Assembly (NCBI GenBank): GCA_030770535.1 | Contig: JASVEC010000001.1 | Location: 1,674,001-1,738,000, forward strand | Direction of reading: 5' to 3' | DNA from: Batkoa obscura | Lineage: Eukaryota | Length of the DNA: 64,000 nucleotides | Part shown: positions 51,828 through 63,807 of the stretch, in pieces | Layout: each line of letters starts with the position of its first letter | How positions within the stretch are numbered: position 1 is the stretch's first letter | Notes under the pieces: model-generated | Databases searched by the model: none | Told to the model about the DNA's origin: nothing | What the model saw: only the letters and a program-made list of their open reading frames with translations | Position numbers and translations under genes: made by a program

Positions 51828-52187
51828 TGTGAAAGTTAGTACTCAGCAATTGGAGTTGAAAGCAGCTCTAGCTTAGTTAACTGGCCGTAAGTCAAAAGGC
51901 CTTAGTTTATGTAGCTAAGATAGACTTAAATCAATAGGAGTAATACGCAATAAGCTACGAGCTATGTAAAATAAATAGAATACAGGATATTACTATAAAA
52001 TCTACATAAGATATTATCAGAAAGATTTAGTGGCTTTATTAAAAGTAAAATATTAGGGAACAATTTAATTAAAAAGCCTTGAGCTATTATGTTGAAGAAT
52101 CTATTTTATACTCAACTAGTTTTGTAAACAAGTTAAGTGATTATTATGCGATAATCAATCACAGAGATGATGAAACGATATTTCACA
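51828..52187. mobile_element. Solo-LTR-like element (360 bp) nested in the transposon
   Basis: TGTGAA...TTCACA; ATGTT/GTGTT flanks; homolog of 40709-41169 lacking an internal ~100-bp segment. Confidence 0.65.
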
Positions 52188-52278
52188 GTGTTTTGTATTT
52201 TTTATTAAATATTCAATAGCTATATAATATATAATTATATAGTTATTTGACTTTGTTTTTTGTTAAAATAAAAACAAA

Positions 52279-53982
52279 ATGCAAGCTTTTATAACTAAAC
52301 TTCGAAATGGAATTTCTAAAAACTTTAATACGGTAGGGAGAAGCACATTATATAAACATTGTAATTCATTTACATCAATTTTAGCAACTATTCACAATTG
52401 CCCAAAGTTTATGGAATTTTATAATAAAACAAAAAAAAGAAAAGAAATATTATTAAATTTTACTATTAATAATAACAAACTTAATCAAGCAATGTATAAA
52501 ATTAGTGTTTTAAGGGAAACAGGAAATAAAAACCAACAAGTAGCATTATTATCGACTATAGCTTCAGTATATTCTTTTGATGAATGTAAAAGTTTTGGAT
52601 TTAATATAAGTAAAAATCAATATGATTATTCAAAAATAATTAATAATAATAAAATACCAACATTACGACCTACTATCAAAAATACAAAAAAAATTAAAGA
52701 TGAGCAAATCGAGATTATTATACAATATTTACTTGATAATTCAACTATTTCATCAAGATTTAGTAAAAAAAGTAATGATAAATATTCGTCAGAGAATATA
52801 TATATATTAAACAAAAGTAGAAGAATGATATACAGTAAGTATTTTAATGATTTAAAAGATAAAGCAGTAGCTAGGTCAACATTTTTCAAATATATACCAA
52901 ATAATTTTAAAAATCCAGCAAGAAAAACAGATTTATGTAATATATGTGCCCAGTATACAGTTAGAAAAAAGTTATTTGAAAATAAAATAAATACAGCGAC
53001 AGAAAATAAAGCAGAGATACAGGAATCTTTTAATAAAGAAAAAAGGTTATATAAATTACATGAATTTTGTGTTGATACTCAAAAAAACATACTTAATGAA
53101 ACTATTGAAAAATTAAATAATAGAAGTTGTATAATAATTTTAGACTTTAAACAAAATATGGAAATAGGAACGAGACCAGATCCAATAAACTTAGATCATT
53201 ATAACAAACAAGCTATATCAGTATTAGGGTTTGGCGTTTTGTATTTAAAAAACGATAAAACAATAGGCAAAGTTTATTTTGATTATTTATCTGAAATATT
53301 AAATCATGATTCAGCATATGCAGGAGATTGTTTGATTGATTTAATATCTAAAGAGCCTTTGTTTAAAAAGTTTACAAAAATTAATATATGGGCAGATACA
53401 GGATATCATTTTAAATCTCAAGAGTTTTTACATTATGTATTTGAAGAAAGTCATAAAATAAATAGTAGTTTAAATATTGATCTTAATTTTTTTGCTGAGC
53501 ATCATGGAAAAAGTATAGTTGACGGGCATTTTGGAAATCTTTCACAGTGGAAAAATAGTCTTGAAGCATTAGGTAAAATAGAAGATATTGATCAATTAAT
53601 TTCAAAATTTGAGATTTTTGTTTGTGAAAATAATAGATTTAATAACTCAACTGTCAATAATGGGAAAACAAATATAATTTTTAAAAAGTATGAAAGAAAC
53701 AAAGATACAAAAAAAATAATAAAAATAAAAGGTATTAAAAAGTATTTACATTTTATTAAACGTGGTAAAAAACTATACTGTTATCCAGTATCTGATAGAT
53801 CAAAAAAAAGCGATATAATTTCAATTAAAGTTATAGAGTCTATAGAGGATAGAAAAATTAAAAGGTCAACCCCAGCTTATCTTACAAAAATAACTGAGAA
53901 TTTAAAAGTTTCAATATTTAGTAAGCAAGTAAGTAGCTTATTAGATGATAGAAATCAATTATTAAATGTTGATATTACTTAG
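52279..53982 (+). CDS. Sola2-type DDD transposase
   Basis: 567-aa uninterrupted ORF; RSTFFKYIP, TDLCNIC...H zinc motif, ILDFKQN, HDS, WADTGYHFK, FFAEHHGKSIVDGHFG. Confidence 0.8.
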   Translation: MQAFITKLRNGISKNFNTVGRSTLYKHCNSFTSILATIHNCPKFMEFYNKTKKRKEILLNFTINNNKLNQAMYKISVLRETGNKNQQVALLSTIASVYSFDECKSFGFNISKNQYDYSKIINNNKIPTLRPTIKNTKKIKDEQIEIIIQYLLDNSTISSRFSKKSNDKYSSENIYILNKSRRMIYSKYFNDLKDKAVARSTFFKYIPNNFKNPARKTDLCNICAQYTVRKKLFENKINTATENKAEIQESFNKEKRLYKLHEFCVDTQKNILNETIEKLNNRSCIIILDFKQNMEIGTRPDPINLDHYNKQAISVLGFGVLYLKNDKTIGKVYFDYLSEILNHDSAYAGDCLIDLISKEPLFKKFTKINIWADTGYHFKSQEFLHYVFEESHKINSSLNIDLNFFAEHHGKSIVDGHFGNLSQWKNSLEALGKIEDIDQLISKFEIFVCENNRFNNSTVNNGKTNIIFKKYERNKDTKKIIKIKGIKKYLHFIKRGKKLYCYPVSDRSKKSDIISIKVIESIEDRKIKRSTPAYLTKITENLKVSIFSKQVSSLLDDRNQLLNVDIT

Positions 53983-54967
53983 ATTATTGATAGCTAAGTT
54001 AATAAATAGTCAAAGAGCAAGTAGTTGTAATAATAAGTAAAAACTATTAATACACTGCTTGTATTACATAGGGATGGTTAATTATAGTTTTGGGGCTAAC
54101 CACTCCCTCCCATGCAGCTATTTATTAACTTAGCGATATATTAATAATGTAATTATAACATTAAAATAATTTATTCATTTGATAGCAAATCTGTAGTGTT
54201 GAATATAAAACAATTAATAATAAATATTTCTTAATAAAGCTATATAAAAGCATATATTTATTTACATATTACAACTTTGACTAATATCACTATACAGGCT
54301 ATATTAGTAAAATCTTTACTAATCCAGGAATTTATATTAAATTTAATAAAAATTCCGCTAATTGACAATATAAATTATAACAAAATAATTTAAAACTGTG
54401 TCGGGTACTTTTGGCTTTTAATAAAGAATTTATTTTTATAGAATTTTAAGCAAAGTTTTTAAAATATAAATATTTAAAAATTGGATAAAAAAATGAAACC
54501 AATTCGGACACCCCCATATAGTAAAATTTTTCAATGTTTTTTTACTTTAATTATTTGCAAAATCTAAAACTATAAAATCAGAAAATCAACATTACAATTT
54601 GAAAAATTAAAAATAAAAAAATTCAGAAACTCAACTCTATTCATAACTTTTATTTAACTTTTATGAAATTATTAAAGCTCAATTAATAAATTTAAATTTT
54701 ATTTTAAAAAAAGCCAAAGGCCCAGAAAAGAGTGTATTCAATTTTTAGAAAAAAAAAGTTTAAAATCAAAAAGCTATATACTTATTAACAGTTAACTAAT
54801 ATATAAATTTATATAGGAAATACATAACACCACTACCACGCAAAATATAAATAATTAAAACTTTGAAGCTCTACTTATTATAGATCACGTTCTCGTTGAA
54901 TTATATTCTTATGAGTCTAAAACCCTTTTTAATATTATTTGTGTTGATATTACAACCTAATTTAACC

Positions 54968-57900
54968 TCAAGGTTCCGTACCATCTTGATTATTGTTCCT
55001 ATTATTATTGTTATAATAGTTATTATTTTTATAGTGATAATTGGGATGATTATTTCCTCTATAACCTTGATATGGATGATTTTCATTCGTTGTATTTGTA
55101 TTCCCCATTCCCCCAGGTGAATTATATTCCCTTAACGGATTACCCCTCCATCCACTACCATTATTCGAATTCCTCGGTCTATGATCTTTGTAACCTCCAC
55201 CACCACTTACACCTGTACCATTGTCATTATAATTGTTCTTTTGATAGCGATGATTCAATTCACGATTGTTATTCTCTCTTTCATTATTATCAACTTTACG
55301 TTCCCAATCGTTTTCATAATTATTAGGAGGGTATCTTTCTTTATAATAAGAATTAGCATAATGTCGTTCATTGTCTTTATCTAAATGTCTGGGTTGGGCG
55401 CGATAATTATTGTTTCCTCCTTTATAATTATTAAAATTATTAGGTCCTAATCGACTAGAATGCATAGTTTCATTATTATTATTATCCATACTATTTCCCC
55501 AATTTGAATCAAAGTTAGAATTAAAACCAATATTTGGTCGATTTTTGTTACGATAAATTGGATCATTGGGTTTAATTTCAATTTCTGTATTTCCCCATGG
55601 ATCTTCTTCTGTTTTTGAATTCGTTATCTTTTGTAAAGAATGGGGGTTACTTGGTGAGGGTGAACGGGATGCTTCTCTAACACTACTTTCTCTTGGATAT
55701 TCTCCATTCGATTTTGTCCTTGAATGAAAACCATTATTACCCTTCTTAGAGGATGTCACACTTGAATCACGTGGCTCATTTCCTGTTTGATATACTTTAG
55801 GCGGTTTAGATGAAATATTAGCTTCTAAAGTATCCATATTTGGCTCTTCTAAACCTTGAACATCAACATCCACTTCAATAGGAGTAGCAGCTTTTGAAGT
55901 GTTAAAGTTACTTTCATCATTCAATGATTTGCGAATAGTATTTGGATTTTCATCAATTACAAATTGTTGCCAACTCATTTTGTTTTTTTTCTTATGCGGT
56001 GTTAGTTTATTATTATCTTCTTTGGAAGGCGTTGAATCTTTTATTAATCCTTTTGAGCTGGTGGATTTTGTTGAATTGATTTCCTTTAACAATTTTTTAA
56101 CCTTTGGAGATACAGATAATGGTAAATTAGAATATGTCATTCTATTTTCTAAGGATTTGAAAGAAGCTGGTGGATATTCAGATTTAACTAAAGATGCTTT
56201 TAATAGCGATTCTTTACTTTGTCTAGGTGGATCATCAATAGAAAGTACACTAACATTTTCATCTTGAGGTGAATCTTTAATTTTGGGTATTATTTCTTTA
56301 TCTGAAGGTGTAATGGGTAATTCACATTCTTTAGAGTTAAGTGCCGATTTTTTAGGAGATTTAAATATCAAATCACGATCTTTTTCATCAACATCTAAAT
56401 TGAAGATATCTTCAACAGAATCTTGTTTTTGGCTTGTTTGTTTTTTACATTTTGGAACAAATTTATCTGGGTTTTCCTTTCTAAACTTCATTATAAAATA
56501 TTTAGTTAGACTCATTGTTCTTAAGATTCGAATCCTTTCTGCTGTGGCCGAAGAATATTGTAAACCATTCACCTTTTTACCCCCAGAACTTGTTTTAGCT
56601 TCTTTTGATTTTAAACTATCCGCTTTTTTATTTTTAGGTCCTTGTTCAGGTCTATACTCCTTTTCTTTGGACGGGTTTGAGTTTTTACGTGAGCCAGATT
56701 TCTTAGATTGACTTTCTTGAGGTGGATCGTCAAGTACGTCCAATGTAGAATTAGTTGTAGAGGCTTCTTCTTCAGCATTATTTGTTGAAAATAGAGGCTT
56801 AGTAGCATTCGAAGTATCTAACTCAGTATCTGAACCACTTTGCATTTTTGATAAGATACTATCATCATCAAACATCTCTTCAACTTGCTTACTCGATCGA
56901 GAAGTTGTAGATTTCGCTATAGAAGTACGAGTAGTATCTCTATTAGGAAAGACTTCATCAAGCGGACCTTTTGCTAATTCCAATATCTTTTGTTTTGAAT
57001 AAAATTGCCTACGAGCTTTGAAAAAACTATTGATTAAACATTGAGGTTCTTTTTCACAAGGGCATTGATCTTTTTTTATGGTCTGTAGCATGACTTTAGC
57101 TTGAGCTGGAGTTATATTGTAATCTAATTTTTCAAGGTTTCGACTAAAGGCTTTGGTAACTGACCGCCTAAAGCTAGATTCTTCTTTGTTTTCTGTCAAA
57201 CCATCAGGAAATATATCATCCGATAATGTCCACGGTATAAAGATTTCATCACCTCTATCAAGCTCTTGTAGAGCAAAGACACCAAGGTGAACAACGTTGG
57301 TGTCGACGCCAGAAACGAAAAAGCTCCTCAATTCAGCGTTGGGTGTGCAATTACGTCTAACGTGACATGCTGGACATGAATTGAAGCGACAATCAACTGC
57401 TAGGTTAAGGTATGTATGAAGCATAACTTCTGGAAAACAAGTACCAAGTACTCCATAAAGGTTATCTGGATCATCCATATATTCTGATTTCAGAACAACA
57501 TTACCAGTAACTTCTACTATAAATTGACCAGGTGAGACTTTGGATTGAACAAATAGACCCTCTGTCTTCTTATTAGAAGACTTAGTACTAACTCTTTTGA
57601 CTTCAACGTCAGCTTGTACACTATCCAAAAAATCACTATCCATTACGTATACATTCTTTGGATCACTTTCACCTTCTGAACTAGAGAGCAAGTATTTAAC
57701 GTTGGGTATATATAGAGGACCAGGGATAGACATTGTCCTTTTCCTTATAGAAGCTTTAGTACGATGTAGGACCTGACAAATACTATTAACGAGATCTTCA
57801 GCAGCTTGAGAATCATAAGCAAAGTGGTCCTTTGTCTTATTACTTGGTTTAGGACTTGCCGAATTATTTTCATTGACGCTATCAATCTCATGCCTTTTAT

Positions 57901-58399
57901 TATTCTTTTTACGTTGAGGTCTAACTGTACCACTAGCATTTGGGGATGGAGCATTAGAAGAATTCCTTGTAGCCATTTTAGCTGCCTTTTTGGTCCTTTC
58001 TAACTGCTGTTTTAATTTTTGTGCTTTACTTTTTTTACTTGCATTAGCAACTTTCTTTAATTGAATCTCACGCGCTCTCTAAAATAATAAAGTTTGTTAG
58101 TACTGGTTATTTATTAAAAGAATCAGTTATAATGAAGCATTTATCTCAAGTTATTTTGAGCATTTCACTTCCTTTGCATTCATTCTAACCAAGGTAAAAT
58201 GGATTACCTCAAAGTCAAGCTCCCTAGGAGAGCATTGCTCACATAAATATTCGTCTGGTATTTCGTCTTCGTCTATATCTAAACAGATTGCATGTTGCCA
58301 AACTAGACATTTTTCACATTGGATAGTAAAACCATCATCATGAGTTAAGTCACAAATGCAACGAATTATTCCTGATTCATCATCTGAGTATTCCGCCAT
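54968..58399 (-). CDS. SET3: PHD + SET domain protein (Set3/Set4/MLL5-like), 2 exons
   Basis: [31 protein letters not shown]; intron about 58079-58207; degenerate SET domain (GLF...GQFIVEVTG...[10 protein letters not shown]...DEIFIPW); long disordered tail. Confidence 0.85.
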
Positions 58400-59488
58400 A
58401 ACTTTATAGCATAAGATATTGTTATTGAACTATTGATAATTGATTTAAATTGGTTAAAATAGAAGTTTAAAATTAACTATAACTATTTAGTTAAGAAAAG
58501 TTAATGGATATTTAATGATAAAAAGTAGCAATGACTCCCCTGTAGCGCAAAAATGTACTGGGGTTTTGTAAGCTAACTACTAGAACCAATCGATGGGAAC
58601 TAAGCTGTGATTATTAGCCAATCCTCTTTTAAATATTTAAAACCTTTTTTTCAGAGAGACTAAAAATTTACTTGAACACAAATTACCAGTAAAATAATGA
58701 GCAATTTGCATTTAGTAAGCCAATCATTATTCAACATTCATCTACAATGCTTATAAATTTTAAACTTATTAAAATTTAAGCTTAAAAATGGACAATATTT
58801 TACTGATAATTTAATTGCATTTCATGCTTTTTTATCTCAGTGCGAATAACTACTACTTATTTTTACTTGGTTCCATCAATTTTTCTTATGATTAATTTTT
58901 CCACCAATCATTGGCTAATTGCTTCAGATATGTTCTTTGAATTATTAGGATACTGTCACTGTACTGCTAGAAAATCTTTAATTTGAATCTTTTTCTATTT
59001 TATATCAGGTTATTTCAATTATAAACAGAGTATTTATAAAAATTGGCTCCCTTTTAATTTAAGTTAAGAAAATGAAATGATTTGATATAAAATTGCATGA
59101 AATTACGTTGCACTTTGTAAGTTGATTAAAGAAGAATAAAATAATTTTAAAAGTTTGGAAATGCTGATTTAAGGATTTTTTTTATTGAAAAATTGCTATG
59201 GTTGAAATTCAAACTCATTATTTTAACAAAAAGCTTGGGATTCTACTAATTTTTGGTTATTTTATGCACTTTATAATACTTAGTCCACTTATTAAACCTT
59301 ATAAATTTTATAATCATATTTGAAATCTAGCTATTTATTATATAAATATATCTCTAGTAGATAAGGAGTATCAACATTTAATTATATCAAAGCTACAATT
59401 TCTCATAGTAAAATAAATTTTAGTGTCGCTTACATAAGTAAAAAGATTTATAAATCGTATATATCAAAGTAAAAAAACATTAATTGAT

Positions 59489-60232
59489 TTATTTACTATA
59501 GCTCTTATCTAGGGGAATGGATTGTTGAAGTGGGGAATTTACGTTTACATTAGCCTTATTTAACTTAGCACGTATCCTTTTTTGTTGTAAAATAAAGCCA
59601 TAAAACCAATGAAGATGTAAAGGAAGTATGAATAGTAAAGTATAAACAGGGAACATAAAATCCAAATGATAATAAAAAGTAAAAATCATAATATTATGAT
59701 ATAAAATACGAGTTAGAAAAAAACAAGTACCAAAAAGTAAATCATTTCTTAATGGTTTCCATATACTTCCTAAACTTAATATAAGTGTAGGGAATTCCAT
59801 AAGACACATTAAGGAATAATAACTCGTTAATTTCTTATTTATAAGAATTAATAATAATACTATATAACTTGTATGATGAATCCAACCGGTTAATATATTT
59901 AAAAATGGAAGATAATATACAACGCCAAACAATAAGTCTAAAGATAATGCTACTAAAAAATAACTACATAAAAACTTGGAATAAAATGTTTCTGTTTTTA
60001 ACCAAGTAAAATCGGGATACTGATTAATTAAGTTGATAATAAATGGGATAGAACCTATTGTTAATATTGTGGATGTTATTAATGAAAACAACCAAGATAA
60101 TCTTTTAGGATCTTTAAATGTATTGAAATTTAAAGATAAATAGAAAACACTAGTTAGCATAATACCGCTAAATAACATAATCTGTGGGTATGGCTCTTCA
60201 TTAATAAACTCTAAAAATTGACTTATAATCAT
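59489..60232 (-). CDS. TLC (TRAM/LAG1/CLN8) domain membrane protein
   Basis: Multiple TM helices; DL, WIHH, MEFPT, FFLTRI, LHLHWF motifs; first ATG at 60232. Confidence 0.8.
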   Translation of the reverse strand: MIISQFLEFINEEPYPQIMLFSGIMLTSVFYLSLNFNTFKDPKRLSWLFSLITSTILTIGSIPFIINLINQYPDFTWLKTETFYSKFLCSYFLVALSLDLLFGVVYYLPFLNILTGWIHHTSYIVLLLILINKKLTSYYSLMCLMEFPTLILSLGSIWKPLRNDLLFGTCFFLTRILYHNIMIFTFYYHLDFMFPVYTLLFILPLHLHWFYGFILQQKRIRAKLNKANVNVNSPLQQSIPLDKSYSK

Positions 60233-61498
60233 TTGAAAAAAAAACAATAAAAGATAACATTGTATTCTTTTGTGGGGGGTTTTTTTTTATTTTAATTTCC
60301 ATGCCTATCACTATATTCACATGGATTAAACTACTTTTTTTTCAAATGTTCTTTTCTTATTGGCTGGTTTCAATAATTAACCCTTAATTATTTTAATTTA
60401 TTATTTTTTCCGTAAAGTTATCATTAGTTTTACTAACTCAACTACACCAATACATATGTATTAAGTATAGAAGTTTAGTGTAAATATTCCTATGTAATAC
60501 TTATAGCTTGTCTATGATATACATCCTTCACAATACAAACTTATTTATTAGACCTAAGAATAAGGATTCTTTAATATCCCATCTATTACTTTAGAGTAAG
60601 GAGTTCAACTCCAAAAATAATACGTTTAGTAAAGTAACTATATTAATTTAAAAGACAGCATTTTTACCTTTTAAATGAATTTCTAACTTGCTTTGATTTG
60701 AAATTAAAAATCGAAGCACAATAGAAACTCTCCTCTAAATACAAAGTAGTACCTTAACAGCCTTTTAAATCTATGTCTATTCTACAATTTTTAAAATCTT
60801 AATCTGAAAGTGGGATAGAAGTTTATCCCGTTTTATTTTAAATGTCTGCTTTTTATTAGAATAACAGTTTAAATTCTCTCGAAAATAGCAACTCGTTTAT
60901 TTGTAATTTGAATGTAACTTTCCTTGCATAATTTGAAGCTATGATAAACTAAATGTAGATGTGGTTAATTAGATGATTATTTATAACTATAGTTGCTTTA
61001 TGATAACTTTAAGTTACATAAGAAAGCCCATTTTATAATATGTTAGTAGTAAAAAAAACCATATAAAAAATAAAATAAAGTTTATTACAACTGTTGCAGT
61101 TCTTTTGTGACCTATTTAACTGATTATTTAATTCAGTCAAATTTTAACAGCTATTTTTTTCTTAAGGACTAAACTCAAAAATATTCGGTAAATGAATAAT
61201 TTCATTATAAAAAATATCGCTAAAAAAGGCGCAAAGAAGTGGAACAATTATAAGAATAAACGCTTGCCCAAATAAGATTACCCAAATAAAAGTAACTATT
61301 TGGATTTTGGAGAATAACAAATGAAAAAAAGAATAAGAGGTAGTCAACTGCTTAGTAACCAATTTAAAGCAATAAAATAATTTGAACTAAGTTTCTCGAC
61401 AATTAATTGGATCAAGATCATCTAATAAAATTACACCAATAAAAGATATTTAGTAATAGTTGAGTAACCAAAATTTTTAAATTCATTCATTGTTAAAG

Positions 61499-62308
61499 AT
61501 GAGAGATAACTATATATTAAGAGTTCAAGTAGGCAACGTAAGTGATAAAAGTCAATGGGAAACAATTGCCGTTAATGAAGAAAAAGATGGCCATTATTTA
61601 GAAAATGATTATTTCCAAGGTTATATTAAAGTAAGAATAGTTGATTACGATGGTTTACCAGTAAATTCAGAAACAAAAGAAACATTATATCAACAAAGTG
61701 ATTATTTCTTAGATAGTAAAAGTAAATTTAGTGTTGAATTTAAAGGAAAATTCAAACCTAGAAAGGGAGGCTGGAATGCTAATAAGATATTATTTGGTAA
61801 TCAATTTGAAAAACAATTAAAGCTACCACCTTTAGTAGATATTGCTACTAAGTTTGCTACTTGGTATGATCCCGGATTAAAGATTGATTTACGAGCTGAA
61901 AAACCATGGGCTTATTCTAAATTATTAGTAGCATTTAATAGACTTGATATCAATATTGATGATGATATAAAATTAAATAGTATGGCTAAAGTAAGAGAAA
62001 ATACCTCGCTTATTTCAGGAATTAAAGAAGATGACGATGATAAAGCATTAAAAAAAAGACAACGATTTTTTTCAGATGAAAATAATGCTTCTAGAATCAA
62101 TATTGATGAGAACCTTACTTTACATGGGGATTTTTATAACGCTTATTTAGATTTTTCTAAACGTGGATTAGCTATTCCTTTCTTTACTTTAAACGTTATG
62201 GATTATTGGGATGGTCATGATCTTTCTTATTATTGTAAGTACGATGGTGATGAAGATATCGTATTTTTTGTAGTTTCATTCCAACTAGTAGAAATCAATA
62301 CCATTTAA
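61499..62308 (+). CDS. DUF1769-family protein
   Basis: LRVQVG, F.G.I.VRI, YF......FSVEF.GKF, LFGNQFE...LPP, DPGLKIDL....PWAYS; first ATG at 61499. Confidence 0.75.
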   Translation: MRDNYILRVQVGNVSDKSQWETIAVNEEKDGHYLENDYFQGYIKVRIVDYDGLPVNSETKETLYQQSDYFLDSKSKFSVEFKGKFKPRKGGWNANKILFGNQFEKQLKLPPLVDIATKFATWYDPGLKIDLRAEKPWAYSKLLVAFNRLDINIDDDIKLNSMAKVRENTSLISGIKEDDDDKALKKRQRFFSDENNASRINIDENLTLHGDFYNAYLDFSKRGLAIPFFTLNVMDYWDGHDLSYYCKYDGDEDIVFFVVSFQLVEINTI

Positions 62309-62928
62309 TCCTTCATTTTTTATTTTATTTGGATAAAATAAGCTAATTAAACCTAATATTTGATTATATTTCATTTTTGAGCTTTGTGATAATAGATATT
62401 AACAAAGTAATTTTATTCATTTAATACTCTTTTATTCTGTTTATAGATTTGAAACTTTTTACTATGTTAGAAACTTTTTACATAAACAATGAAATAGAGT
62501 AATGATTGTAATTATATCAATAATGGCTTGCACTATATTTTTGTGACAAATTTTATAGTAGATGATAGAATAGTGTTGATATTTTAAAATTTTAATTATA
62601 CTATATAAAATGTGTAAAAATACTCATCTATTTCAATGAGTACATTGATACATATTGTAACTAAATACGCAGATTATACTTATATGATACTTGTTTATTC
62701 AATGATTCATTATACTATATATAGTATTTTAATAAATGAAAATTAATTATAGAATTTATTAATAAACTTTGAAAGAACAAACTTATCCTATGAATAGATT
62801 ATACAACCGATTAATTTATCAAACAAATTCTAAATAATGAGTTACAAGTAGCCAATTGTAATATTTCAGATTAAAGTAATTAAAGATACAGAACATCAGT
62901 TTTCATAAATCATATTTATTAATGTCTC

Positions 62929-63807
62929 CTACTCTCTACTACGATGACGACTGTGACTTTCCTTAGAGTGTATTCTTTTACCATTGATATTTTTCCTATA
63001 AGCTTTAAAAGATCCGTTACGGTGACGAGGTTTAGTAGCATCAAATAATCCTGGCCAGCTATTGCATTGTTTGGTATCTTCTTTATACTCGAAGCAGTTG
63101 TAGCCACCATCTCTTCTTCTTATCCAGCAAGGTGGACAATTGTGACCTTTTACTAAAACATTACAAAGATCACTATAACCACCACGATGACATACATCAT
63201 ACGGATAAGCAGAATCAGAGTTGTCACCAGTTACGGTTGGTCTAGCTTTTTTATCAGAATCAATTAGCTTAATTTCAACATCCTTTGGTACATTAACTTG
63301 ATTATTTTGGTTTTGAGCTGGATTTGAAGAAACAGTTTGGCCTTTATCTACATCAAATAAACCAGGCCAGTTATCGCATTTTTGGGTACCTTCCATGTAT
63401 TCATAGCAATGGTATTTATCCCCTTGTTGAATCCAACAAGGTGGACATTTTTTAAGAGTTATATCACAGATGTAACCCATACCAGCACGATCACAGGTTT
63501 GTGCAGGGTGTTTAACGTTGGTTGATGGGACATAACCATTTGGATTTTTATGAATATCAAACATACCAGGCCATTCATCACATTGTGTACCAGTTCTATA
63601 CTCATAACAGTCATATTTACCAGCATTTTCTATCCAACATGGTGGTACGTTAGCATCACTTTTTTGAACCCAGTCATATGCATTCGCTCTTAAACATTTA
63701 CCAATATCCGGCTTTACAGCATCCCTACGAATAAAATATTGAGCTGAGATAGAATCAATCAAGGTAATACCAAGGATAAAGGAGGTATAAGATAAAGTGG
63801 ATTTCAT
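62929..63807 (-). CDS. Secreted protein with three Cys-rich PPCWI...C(Y/F)EY...C..WPG.FD repeats
   Basis: Signal peptide, IRR dibasic site, three ~48-aa repeats, basic tail; TATAAATA about 70 nt upstream. Confidence 0.85.
   Translation of the reverse strand: MKSTLSYTSFILGITLIDSISAQYFIRRDAVKPDIGKCLRANAYDWVQKSDANVPPCWIENAGKYDCYEYRTGTQCDEWPGMFDIHKNPNGYVPSTNVKHPAQTCDRAGMGYICDITLKKCPPCWIQQGDKYHCYEYMEGTQKCDNWPGLFDVDKGQTVSSNPAQNQNNQVNVPKDVEIKLIDSDKKARPTVTGDNSDSAYPYDVCHRGGYSDLCNVLVKGHNCPPCWIRRRDGGYNCFEYKEDTKQCNSWPGLFDATKPRHRNGSFKAYRKNINGKRIHSKESHSRHRSRE

Larger units (their letters stand above)
51642..54515 (+). mobile_element. Autonomous Sola2-like DNA transposon
   Basis: 22-bp perfect TIR GGGGGTGTCCGAATTGGTTTCA; 4-bp ATAT TSD (51638-51641 and 54516-54519); internal transposase ORF. 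Confidence 0.85.

Noticed and set aside
53983..54515. Possible Fanzor/TnpB cargo in the Sola2 element
   Set aside because: Only about 530 bp remain and there is no RuvC-like ORF on either strand
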